Positions 1 through 8,552 of a DNA stretch of 64,000 nucleotides are shown here, one piece after another. The position numbers were made by a program, and so were the translations under genes. This stretch comes from an uncultured bacterium. Its GTDB lineage: Bacteria; Patescibacteriota; Saccharimonadia; UBA4664. The notes below the pieces were generated by a model that saw only the letters and a program-made list of their open reading frames with translations, was not told the DNA's origin and did not search any database. Location of the stretch: the NCBI GenBank assembly GCA_963720265.1, contig CAVRET010000002.1, positions 878,069 through 942,068 on the forward strand, read 5' to 3'. How positions within the stretch are numbered: the first letter of the stretch is position 1; each line of letters begins with the position of its first letter.

Positions 1-3000
1 GTACTCAAGTGTGATAATCTTTCCGTTTACCGGCTCAATAAAATCGATGGTGCCCGTGTCGACACTGAACTTGCCCCAGTTCCGCGAGTTTTCTACCAGT
101 ATCTTGTAGAAGATCAATTGGTTCCGGTATTGCCAGCTCTTAAGCGCCTTATATTTGTCACTTTGCTTCCAGGCCTCAAATCCGGACCCAGTCTTAAAAT
201 CGATCACGTTGATAGTCGTTTTGCTAACTTGCGTCATTTTATCGATTTTGCCCGTGAGTCGGGCCTCGCCCACTACGACTCCCTCTTTGCGGAAATCCTG
301 CTCAATATCATCGGTTGTTTTGAATGTTGCGTACTTTTCGCTCAAGTATGCACGCAAGGTGTCCTGCCCCTTCTTCAGGAAGCGCTTTTCCTCACTTTCG
401 GACAGCCGGTGTGACAAGAGTTGCTTGCGGTAGACTTCGAGTACTTCATCTTCAGTGAGCTTCTTCCCCTGCTTCAACGCCAGATATGCAATCTGAATGG
501 ATTTATGGACAGCGCTACCCATCGCGCCTGCCGGTGACTCAGCTTGCGGAAAACGCAACATATTGTGTAGCAGGAACGTGCGTGGGCCTTCGTGAGTCAC
601 GTCGAGAAAATTATTCAAGTGCGTTACGCTCAGAGCGTAATCTTCAAGCAAAGGTTGTAGCACCGCTCTATCGTCTTTGCTCTGGGGCAGTGGGTGGTAA
701 CTCTGCCATGAGACTGCCAGCGCTGCGGCGGCGAACGGCTTATCTTCGGCATCCGTTACTTCTTCAAAGTCGATACCTACCGTATCCGTTCGAAGGAACG
801 TAGCTAGCTGTGATTCTTTGCCGCGCTCATCAAAGCGGTGCCCGGTCAGATACAGTGATTGTTTAGTTCGAGTCATTGCAACGAAGAACAGGCGCAACTG
901 GTCGTCAAAGGAGTCACCAGTCGGACCAATGGGCAGATTCTTTGGCAGTCTTATGTTGTTGCGACCATGGCCACTGGCCCATACGTCCTCTTGGCAGTTC
1001 AGGATAAACACGGTTTCAAATTCTAGCCCTTTTGCTTTGTGTGCAGTCATCAAATTCACTGCATTATCCGCACCGACATATGGAGAAGAGTCGATTAGCT
1101 GGATGTCATTCTGCTCAAATAGGTCGATAAATAGTAAGAAATCCTTTAGTGTCAGGTGCTCCGTTCGCCTATACTCACGGAGGCGCGTTCGCAATAACCG
1201 CAGGGAAGATAAGAAAGCAAGATGCTTAGTGCTATGAGCGGTCAACTCTGATGCTGGAAAATAATATGAGCGATATGGGCTCACAAATGCAGTTTTGTCG
1301 GCAGCAGTATGAGTCGGTTCCTCGCCTAGCGCGTCGTCGTCTTCGGTGTCGGCGACATCAGTGGCAACCGATCCAATTAGTCGATCAAGCAAATATTCCA
1401 TGGGCTCATTTGAGGCCAACTGACTTGCCTCAAGCAAGAAATTGGCGATGCTACTTAATTGGGCATTCTTACTTGCGACCAAAGCCTGCATCCAACGGCC
1501 AGGTGCAGGCATGCTAAACGCCTCAATGCTCAACCGCCATAGGTCGAGATGGTCTATTTCCCAGAAAGGATAACTCATGACTTCGGCGAGCATGGCATCA
1601 GCTTCATCGTGGCGGCCAAGTGCTAGCAACTGCACAAGCCTAGCAAGCCCAATGAGCTGCATAATGTGTGGCTCGGTAAGAACATTTGACCGGCGTTCAT
1701 ATGCAACAGGGATGTCTAACGATTGAAGGTGCGGTAACATTTGAGCCAGGTTGCTGTGCTGGCGACCAAGAATGGCAATTTCGCTTGGGTCCTGGCCGGC
1801 ATCTAATAGGCGCTTTGCTTCTTTCGCTACCCATGAATATTCGTGCTCGGAGGTTTCTAGCTGAATAGCCTTGATCGTTGTGGGGCCTTCGCGGTTTGAG
1901 ACCAGATCCTTAACAATATAGTCGTATCGATTTTCAAGCCGATCCTCGGCCTGTGTTATGACTGCGCGGGATGCGTCCAAAATCTGCTGGCCCGATCGGT
2001 AATTTTGAACGAGCGTGATGATTTTTGTGTCGCGCCATGACCGTGCAAAATTGAGCATATTGGATAGTTCCGCACCCTGGAACTTATAGATCCCCTGATC
2101 GTCGTCTCCTACGGCCATTACATCGGGCCGTCCTTCGTGCACAGGGTTGTCAGCCACGAGACTCAGTAGCTGCATTTGCGCGTCGTTTGTATCCTGAAAT
2201 TCATCGACAAGGATGAACTGGTGGCGTTCTTGGATGTTGTAGCGTAACTCATCATTGGCCCGCAGCACGCGTACGGCTTCGAGCACCATATCCGAATAAT
2301 CAAACAATTCACGCCGAGAAAGCTCTAGCTGGTAGCCTCGATAGACTTTTGATATCGACAGAAATGTGTCACACACTTTTTTATCGGCGAATACAAACGA
2401 ACCGATGTTGTCCTTTTCGAGCCATTGGTTTTTCCAGGCCGTGACGGACTTAGTACTGCTATCTTCGGCGGCCATTGCTAAGGCTGCATCAAGTGACTCT
2501 AAGAAAATGCCGGACAGTGTGCGGAAAGGACCGACAGTCACCTCGGCGCGTTCCCGAGTAACACTTTCGGCATACTTCTCAAGTGCAGTCACGGTGGCCG
2601 CGGAGACGCGTGCAGCGAAAATGTCGTACAGGCCCGGTTCGAGTAGTTTCATACACTCCCGATTCTCGCCAATAATCTTATCCAGCCCATCTGGGTCTAA
2701 GCCCGATTTTTTCAAATCGGCAATGATACTTAAGACTGCCCGTAGCCGCGTGTACTTACCATTTAATTTTGAACTTAAAGGATCGTCATAGGGCAGGTTT
2801 GAAAATATAGATTGCAGGATATCGAGCTGCGCTAATTCATCGGTGGGCGCGAAAGTTGCACCCATATAAAAATGCTCTGGGTAACTTGCGATGATCTCGG
2901 TTCCAAAGCTATGAAATGTGTGAATAGCCACTTTGTGTGCGGCCGTACCAATGAGCCGCAAAAGGCGTTCGCGCAGGGCCATGGCAGCCGAGTCTGTAAA

Positions 3001-3186
3001 TGTTAAACACAGAATATTCGACGGTTGCGCGTCGGTTTGACGCAAGATGTTGGCCACTCTCATGGATAGTAATTGGGTCTTGCCGGACCCTGGGCCGGCA
3101 ACCACTAGCAGGGGTCCCTGGATAGTGTCGACCGCCTCGCGCTGCTCGATATTCAGTTTTGCGTATTCAAGGTCAAAATCAGCCAT
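1..3186 (-). CDS. UvrD/PcrA/Rep-family SF1 DNA helicase (possibly AddA/RecB-like given over 1060 aa); 3' end of gene runs off the left edge
   Basis: Absent from the ORF track because no stop lies inside the window. Manual translation of the complement from the ATG at 3186 gives MADFDLEYAKLNIEQREAVDTIQGPLLVVAGPGSGKTQLLS... with Walker A AGPGSGKT and motif Ia CLTFT, both typical of UvrD-like helicases. The frame stays open and protein-like down to position 1. TATAAT sits about 7 nt upstream of the ATG, so the mRNA may be leaderless. Confidence 0.75.
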   Translation of the reverse strand, partial: MADFDLEYAKLNIEQREAVDTIQGPLLVVAGPGSGKTQLLSMRVANILRQTDAQPSNILCLTFTDSAAMALRERLLRLIGTAAHKVAIHTFHSFGTEIIASYPEHFYMGATFAPTDELAQLDILQSIFSNLPYDDPLSSKLNGKYTRLRAVLSIIADLKKSGLDPDGLDKIIGENRECMKLLEPGLYDIFAARVSAATVTALEKYAESVTRERAEVTVGPFRTLSGIFLESLDAALAMAAEDSSTKSVTAWKNQWLEKDNIGSFVFADKKVCDTFLSISKVYRGYQLELSRRELFDYSDMVLEAVRVLRANDELRYNIQERHQFILVDEFQDTNDAQMQLLSLVADNPVHEGRPDVMAVGDDDQGIYKFQGAELSNMLNFARSWRDTKIITLVQNYRSGQQILDASRAVITQAEDRLENRYDYIVKDLVSNREGPTTIKAIQLETSEHEYSWVAKEAKRLLDAGQDPSEIAILGRQHSNLAQMLPHLQSLDIPVAYERRSNVLTEPHIMQLIGLARLVQLLALGRHDEADAMLAEVMSYPFWEIDHLDLWRLSIEAFSMPAPGRWMQALVASKNAQLSSIANFLLEASQLASNEPMEYLLDRLIGSVATDVADTEDDDALGEEPTHTAADKTAFVSPYRSYYFPASELTAHSTKHLAFLSSLRLLRTRLREYRRTEHLTLKDFLLFIDLFEQNDIQLIDSSPYVGADNAVNLMTAHKAKGLEFETVFILNCQEDVWASGHGRNNIRLPKNLPIGPTGDSFDDQLRLFFVAMTRTKQSLYLTGHRFDERGKESQLATFLRTDTVGIDFEEVTDAEDKPFAAAALAVSWQSYHPLPQSKDDRAVLQPLLEDYALSVTHLNNFLDVTHEGPRTFLLHNMLRFPQAESPAGAMGSAVHKSIQIAYLALKQGKKLTEDEVLEVYRKQLLSHRLSESEEKRFLKKGQDTLRAYLSEKYATFKTTDDIEQDFRKEGVVVGEARLTGKIDKMTQVSKTTINVIDFKTGSGFEAWKQSDKYKALKSWQYRNQLIFYKILVENSRNWGKFSVDTGTIDFIEPVNGKIITLEY

Positions 3187-3243
3187 GGAGCCTATTATAC
3201 GGGACAATCTCTAAATCTGGCATACTAGCAAAGTAGCCGACCA

Positions 3244-4656
3244 TTAATACGCGGCTTCAGCTGGATAGATGCTCTCATACCATAGTTGTAGGTCTTCCAT
3301 GAGGTGGCGGGCCTTGGGCTGCCCCTCAGTCCATATCCGTTCAACTTCAAGATTGAATTCTTCTGTATCGTTTAAGATACGCTTGGAGCGGTAAGTCTCC
3401 CAGATCTCGCGCTCTTGTGTCGATAAGGTATCTGGATAATTTCGAGCCTTATAGCGTATGAATAATTCTGGCAAGCGGGGGTCCGTAAAGTTTGGCGCTA
3501 GACTCACCAGCTGTTCATGGGAAGCCGCCCTGACGGTTGTGGCAGAATTGTCGCTGATAAAGCCCCCATATAGATCGGCGTCCACGTCGTTTGGCGAGAT
3601 GAATTCATGGCCGTCATAGTCGTAAGCCGCGCTGATTCTTGCGCCAAAATCGCTGCTCCTCAGTAGCTGCCGGTACTGTTCAATCTGATCGATGTCGAGA
3701 CTCAACCGCTCACTGATCATGGAGTCCATAACCGAAATTGGTGCCACAGCAGGGCATTTATTTAGAGCCAGCTCCTTTACAGGTACGCGGGCTTGGCCGT
3801 TTGCATCTAATTCTTCGCGTTTTGCGAAAATATTCTTGTTCAGTTGTTCAGTTGTCATATTGAGAAATGGTGACGGATCAATGCGCAGATCAAACACTAT
3901 ATAGCTGTCTTTGCGTTGCCCCGTCGAAATAATTTCAGCAACACTAGTAAACAAGTGCTGCTTACCATACATACGCGTGGTGTAGACGAACGGAACCGGC
4001 GATGACGGTTTAATAACTTGCGCGACTTTAGCTTTGGTGCGCAGCTGGAGCAGGTAGTCGAACAATCTGGGCTGCTTTTCCATCATCAGCTTTGCAAAGG
4101 CAATCAAGGCATTTACGTCACCCAATGCTGAGTGAGCTTCGTCGTGCTGGATGTCATTGGCCCTTGCTAGTGCCTCGAGCGTGAAGATAGCTCTACCATC
4201 TTCATCGACTGGCCAATTGATGCCATCAGGGCGTAGTGCACAAGTCATTCTGGCTACATCCAGCAGATCCCAGCGCGATCTTGCATCTTTCCATGCCCAT
4301 TCGTAAGCGTCGTAGAAGCTACGGTAAAGCAAGAAACGGATGAAATTGTCATCAAAGCGAATATTGTTGAACCCAACCATTATTGTTCCCGGCGTTAAGA
4401 CATCATTCATCAATAGCCGGACGAGGTCAACTTCGCTGATGCCGTCAGCTAATGTCTGCTGTGGAGTAATCGAGGTCGTAAGAATAGCCTGCGGAGCCGG
4501 CAGAACATCATCTGCTAATTTGACCAGGACGCTGGTTGGCTGCCCAATGGGCTGTAAATCCAAAGTTGCGCGCTGACCGGCAAATTGCATTATTCGGTGC
4601 TTGCGTGGATCAAGCCCCGATGTTTCGAGGTCATAAAAGTAAAAAGTCTCACTCAT
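3244..4656 (-). CDS. sbcB: exodeoxyribonuclease I (DEDDh 3'-5' ssDNA exonuclease)
   Basis: The ORF-track protein contains FYDLETSGLDP (DEDD Exo I motif), HSALGDV (H-x4-D Exo III motif) and is about 470 aa, as ExoI is. The likely true start is the internal Met MSETFYFYDLE at 4656, which has GGAAG upstream; the track start at 4695 is an upstream alternative. Confidence 0.75.
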   Translation of the reverse strand: MSETFYFYDLETSGLDPRKHRIMQFAGQRATLDLQPIGQPTSVLVKLADDVLPAPQAILTTSITPQQTLADGISEVDLVRLLMNDVLTPGTIMVGFNNIRFDDNFIRFLLYRSFYDAYEWAWKDARSRWDLLDVARMTCALRPDGINWPVDEDGRAIFTLEALARANDIQHDEAHSALGDVNALIAFAKLMMEKQPRLFDYLLQLRTKAKVAQVIKPSSPVPFVYTTRMYGKQHLFTSVAEIISTGQRKDSYIVFDLRIDPSPFLNMTTEQLNKNIFAKREELDANGQARVPVKELALNKCPAVAPISVMDSMISERLSLDIDQIEQYRQLLRSSDFGARISAAYDYDGHEFISPNDVDADLYGGFISDNSATTVRAASHEQLVSLAPNFTDPRLPELFIRYKARNYPDTLSTQEREIWETYRSKRILNDTEEFNLEVERIWTEGQPKARHLMEDLQLWYESIYPAEAAY

Positions 4657-4804
4657 GAGACTTCCATTATATTCCATGCGCGAGATTCGCCCCAAGCGCC
4701 GTACCCTTTGGTTGGCTTACACCCTCAAAGCGGGCGCTTCGACAAATTTGGGTAATTGAGTTCAAACGAACGAGCGGGGCCTATTTGGAGCCCCGCTCTC
4801 GCGT

Positions 4805-5056
4805 TTAGTTGGTTAAGCGGGTTACCCGTATGTTCAGGGGTGGTGCCTGAAGTGCGTCATTTAACCAAACTACTACACGCTCATCTTCACCTTTTACCTG
4901 CCAGAGACAGATATCTTCTACGTCTTTGCCCTCTGGACCTAGGTATGCCCGGCCATCTCTCCAATTAGATATCATTGCCAATCCATCGGGGGTCTTTATG
5001 ATCCACTCTGCGTCTGATTTATCCTGGTCTCCGTTGGTCGTAGGAGGACCGAACAC
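4805..5056 (-). CDS. hypothetical protein (83 aa)
   Basis: ORF track only. Composition is protein-like, but it overlaps a plus-strand ORF and I recognised no motif. Confidence 0.25.
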   Translation of the reverse strand: MFGPPTTNGDQDKSDAEWIIKTPDGLAMISNWRDGRAYLGPEGKDVEDICLWQVKGEDERVVVWLNDALQAPPLNIRVTRLTN

Positions 5057-5592
5057 AGCAACTAGGTAGTCATAGCTGACAGCGAAGGCGGCACGATATT
5101 TCGTGAAGTAGGCTCGTTCAACCGTGAGCTCAAATACAATGATCCACGATATTCTACCTTGGCGGTTTATTTTATAGGCGGGCTGCGGCTTTATTTTTTG
5201 AAACAGGACTTTATCCCTTCTTCTTATTGATATGGCACCAGAGGTGATACCAGAGATCTAATCGTGATGAAAGCTTGAGGGGGATGGCGTCGAGAAAACA
5301 TTAAAAAAGAACAGGCACTGTGCTCGTTCTATAATCTGATATGTCTATTTAATTGGTCCCCGCGTTCTGTGATCCCGAAAATGCTACAGGTCTACTATCT
5401 CGTTGCTGTCTTTTGGACCTCGCGGGCGCGGAGTACGGTATGGCTGCGGTCCGCTGCCAATTGCGCTCGAAGGTGACTCGACCGCCACGGCAACGCCTAC
5501 ATCTATTAACTCTTGCGCACGATCGGTATCTCTAACATACCTACGATCGCCCGGATTAAATTGCTTATACCCTTGGGCAAACTCAATATACT

Positions 5593-5901
5593 TCACGGTT
5601 TTTCGCTTTTCTGTAGTTCCTGAACAGCCTCTTCGAGCCATGCCATAGCAGTATTGTCGTCTAGAACAAGCTCGCGCTGATGATCCCGCAAATCTGCAAT
5701 ATGAGTCTGTAACATTAGCTTTACAGCCTCAGTTAGCTCATTTGATTCATAATTGTATCGGCCAACCAACTCCAACTCTTCGAGGTCATCGCGATCGTAC
5801 CGGATGTCGGGTCGACCTCCGCCGGGTACGCCATTTTTGTGCACCCAATATCTGACTGAGATGGATTTCGTTGCTTGATCTGGAAATATCCCAAAATCCA
5901 T
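5593..5901 (-). CDS. hypothetical protein (102 aa)
   Basis: ORF track. The acidic sequence is protein-like, the RBS is weak, and it sits in a region of low coding density (4.7-6.5 kb). Confidence 0.3.
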   Translation of the reverse strand: MDFGIFPDQATKSISVRYWVHKNGVPGGGRPDIRYDRDDLEELELVGRYNYESNELTEAVKLMLQTHIADLRDHQRELVLDDNTAMAWLEEAVQELQKSEKP

Positions 5902-6240
5902 TGAGATCGTTTCACCGTCAAGTAATACTTGCTCGTACGTGTACTCCTCCTTGTCCGGGATAGGAGTTATATCTTACCACCATTTGAAAGTTGCTGCTCA
6001 TGCTTGAATGTGACTATACGCCAAACGCCAAAACGGGCTTTATTAGAGCCCGTTTTGGTCTGGATAGTCTTTGAGCTGGACAAGTGCCTGCACGTACTCA
6101 AAGCGTGGATTTCCACCTCACACACATATGACTATCTAAGTTGGTTGTAACATTAGCCCAATACATATTCAAGATGGTTATGTATAACACGTGGCAAAGC
6201 TCGCGTTAAAATAGGTCACAGGTGATCTATAGGAGGAAAA

Positions 6241-6402
6241 ATGGCCGACGACAAAGTAACTTTATACTGTAAGAGTGACACGTGTAAGAGTGGTGGCGAG
6301 TTTACAATTACAAAAGAGGAACAAGATTACTATGAGCAACGGATCGGTCAGCTTCCCCGCTATTGTCCAACTTGTTCGAAAGAGCGAAAGAAGGCTGCCT
6401 AA
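6241..6402 (+). CDS. small zinc-ribbon protein (53 aa, below the 60-aa ORF-track cutoff)
   Basis: Strong RBS TAGGAGGAAAA directly before the ATG at 6241. Translation is MADDKVTLYCKSDTCKSGGEFTITKEEQDYYEQRIGQLPRYCPTCSKERKKAA, with two Cys pairs (C10/C15 and C42/C45). A GCTGCCT-aag-AGGCAGC hairpin overlaps the stop. Confidence 0.4.
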   Translation: MADDKVTLYCKSDTCKSGGEFTITKEEQDYYEQRIGQLPRYCPTCSKERKKAA

Positions 6403-6471
6403 GAGGCAGCGACTTAGTCTGACGAGAATAGCCATTTTTGAGTCCGATGTAAAAAATTGGACCTAGTAGCA

Positions 6472-7149
6472 TTATCGTTTGGTTTTGTGTCGCCACCAGA
6501 ATGTAGAAGGAGAATAAGGTACTGTAAGCTGCGGCGATTTGTTGACGATTGCCACTAGACCAGTACTTCGCGCCCCTAGCCCGTCGATCTGGGCGAGCGT
6601 ATCGGCAACATTGTCATAATTGACTTGCAGGAGACGCTTTTCCATTCGTAGAACGTTGATGCCCATTCGGGCATACTCTAATTGATCGCGTTTCTCCAGT
6701 AGCAGGCCCAGGTCATCTTCGTCAGGATGACCTTCTTCCAGCTCACTGACGCCGTCTGTAAGCTTTGTGAGGGCGTCACTAAGTTGGTCCTGCAGCAGCT
6801 CTTGGTATTCTTTGCTGCGGTACTGCTCGCTAGCTAGCATGAATCCGTCAATTTCGGCAACTTTATCCTTGATCTCATCCAGAGTTAGTACGCCAGATTC
6901 TGCCGTGGCCTCTCCGAACTCAATGTTCGTCCCGCGTGGAGTTTCATCCAAGCGCTCTGAAAGATCGTATGCCTGTGCCCACAAACTGATAAGAAGTACG
7001 AGGTTTGGAGGAGCCTCTTCTTCCAGATCTTTGCACCAATACATCATCCTTGCAGCTTCGACTTCAGCCATAGTGGTCGCGATTGAAGCTGTAAGCCACT
7101 GTTGTTTTAAGGGAGCATTGAAGTTATCGGCTCGCTCGTTTTGAGGCAT
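6472..7149 (-). CDS. hypothetical acidic, coiled-coil-like protein (225 aa); last gene of the helicase operon
   Basis: ORF track. Its start overlaps the upstream gene's stop (TAATG at 7149), indicating translational coupling. Confidence 0.5.
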   Translation of the reverse strand: MPQNERADNFNAPLKQQWLTASIATTMAEVEAARMMYWCKDLEEEAPPNLVLLISLWAQAYDLSERLDETPRGTNIEFGEATAESGVLTLDEIKDKVAEIDGFMLASEQYRSKEYQELLQDQLSDALTKLTDGVSELEEGHPDEDDLGLLLEKRDQLEYARMGINVLRMEKRLLQVNYDNVADTLAQIDGLGARSTGLVAIVNKSPQLTVPYSPSTFWWRHKTKR

Positions 7150-7601
7150 TAGCTAGTTTCTCGCTGCAAAACTTCAGGGAATGGCTTATGCGGGTCATAG
7201 TCGTCAGGTAACTGGATGGGCTCATCATCGCTGCTAAGGTAGTATTTGTTTGCCAGTTCGTAAAACTGAGGCAATAATGCCCAGATCATTTCGAGACTAG
7301 CGACGAATCTTTTCCGGAATTCTGCGATATTCACTTGTTTTTTGGCCAAGTAATCTAGGGCGTTGGCTATGTTTTGATAACGATCTCCTGAGTGTATTTC
7401 ATTATTTTTAGCTCCGTAGGTTGCGTCCCAACCATCTGAGTAAAACTCACTTACCAAATCAGCCGCACCAAAGTTGCGACTGCGCTGTACTGTTTCCTCC
7501 AACATGGCAGCCATTGCTTCGAGGCTGCCCAAATATTCCTCTACTACCCCCGGTGTATAGACATCTTTATCTGGTTTCGAAGCTCGCGTCTCTTCACTCA
7601 T
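7149..7601 (-). CDS. hypothetical protein (150 aa)
   Basis: ORF track. Only 8 nt separate it from the upstream gene's stop. No domain recognised. Confidence 0.5.
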   Translation of the reverse strand: MSEETRASKPDKDVYTPGVVEEYLGSLEAMAAMLEETVQRSRNFGAADLVSEFYSDGWDATYGAKNNEIHSGDRYQNIANALDYLAKKQVNIAEFRKRFVASLEMIWALLPQFYELANKYYLSSDDEPIQLPDDYDPHKPFPEVLQRETS

Positions 7602-7609
7602 AGTACTTA

Positions 7610-8551
7610 TTATTGTATAACATTAGTCACCCAACTTGCACTGGCCATCTTGCCCCCGACGTAAGCCATCCCGCGATCGGCTTCATAGACGGTTCGGATG
7701 CTCGGAGGGCTGAACTTATCGTTCAAAATAACTACAAGTTGGCTGCTTATCTCATATTTGATGAGTCTTCCGGAAGTCGAGTCGCGGAACTCCGCTACTT
7801 GGCTTGGATCGAGAGAGCTGGCGATAGGTTTGGCTAGCTGGATCATTTGCTTAAGCTTTTCCGCATCGCTTCCCTGAATATGCAGATCGTCAGCATGATT
7901 TATGATATGGTGGCCGCTGCTTTCCAGATGGCGCCAGGTGTTATCGGGTTGTTGGAAGTACCAGCTGGGATCTGCGCGAATTTCCAGGGGAGTAAGTCCG
8001 GCTACAGCACTCACGGACTGGAGGTGCTTAGCTCCTAAGGCTGGGTCTGACGACCCAAATCTAGGTTTGGGGTCAGATGCCGCAATCGCATTAGTCCAGC
8101 CATTAAAATATTTGGTGGCACGCGCAACGCTTCTAGGCGAAGGGTGCCCTGACCCATTAGCTTGAGGTTTATCAAGCAAATATGCTCTTGGATGTTGCGC
8201 CCTGCCGGTATAATACTTGCCAATCATGTCGGTGGCTTTTGTTTTTATATTGGTTCTCGCAGCATCTGATTTATTTTTCTCACATGGCGCACACAGGGCT
8301 GGCTCGATCCATTCCCCAATTTTTTTGTGATGCATGATTATGCTATTGCGCGAAAATTGTTGAGACCGCCCGCAGTTTCGACAGATGACTTGCACGCTGG
8401 ATTGGCCTTTGCGCCAGGCTATACAGGCCTTGCATGCAAGCGGCATGCTCAGGCCCCTCATCTCGTAGTACCCGACCTCTCCCTCATCAAGTTCAATGTT
8501 CCCATCCCCTTCGCAGTACGCCTGGCGGCAGGTGTCGCTGTAAGCGGCCAT
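7610..8551 (-). CDS. double zinc-ribbon protein (313 aa); C-terminal half unknown, possible degenerate HNH-like His cluster
   Basis: N-terminal Cys pairs are C-x4-C, CKAC, CRNC and CAPC. The ATG lies 1 nt after the helicase stop (cTAGcATG). A later GHHIINHADDLH His/Asn cluster is weak HNH-like evidence only. Confidence 0.55.
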   Translation of the reverse strand: MAAYSDTCRQAYCEGDGNIELDEGEVGYYEMRGLSMPLACKACIAWRKGQSSVQVICRNCGRSQQFSRNSIIMHHKKIGEWIEPALCAPCEKNKSDAARTNIKTKATDMIGKYYTGRAQHPRAYLLDKPQANGSGHPSPRSVARATKYFNGWTNAIAASDPKPRFGSSDPALGAKHLQSVSAVAGLTPLEIRADPSWYFQQPDNTWRHLESSGHHIINHADDLHIQGSDAEKLKQMIQLAKPIASSLDPSQVAEFRDSTSGRLIKYEISSQLVVILNDKFSPPSIRTVYEADRGMAYVGGKMASASWVTNVIQ

Positions 8552-8552
8552 G

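Noticed and set aside
118-2791. Several 60-140-aa plus-strand ORFs (118..414, 486..803, 818..1237, 2366..2791 and others)
   Set aside because: All lie antisense inside the long UvrD-like helicase reading frame (minus strand, open from 3186 to position 1). Their low-complexity, Arg/Ser-rich translations are typical of shadow ORFs.
5929-6150. 73-aa plus ORF MLVRVLLLVRDRSY...
   Set aside because: No RBS, and a hydrophobic/low-complexity sequence in an intergenic-like AT-rich stretch. Considered non-coding, possibly a regulatory or ncRNA region that I could not substantiate.
7610-8551. Calling the 313-aa zinc-ribbon protein an HNH endonuclease
   Set aside because: Only a His/Asn cluster (GHHIINHADDLH) is seen, and it is distant from the Cys pairs and lacks the usual flanking CxxC. 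The evidence is insufficient, so it is kept as a zinc-ribbon protein of unknown function.
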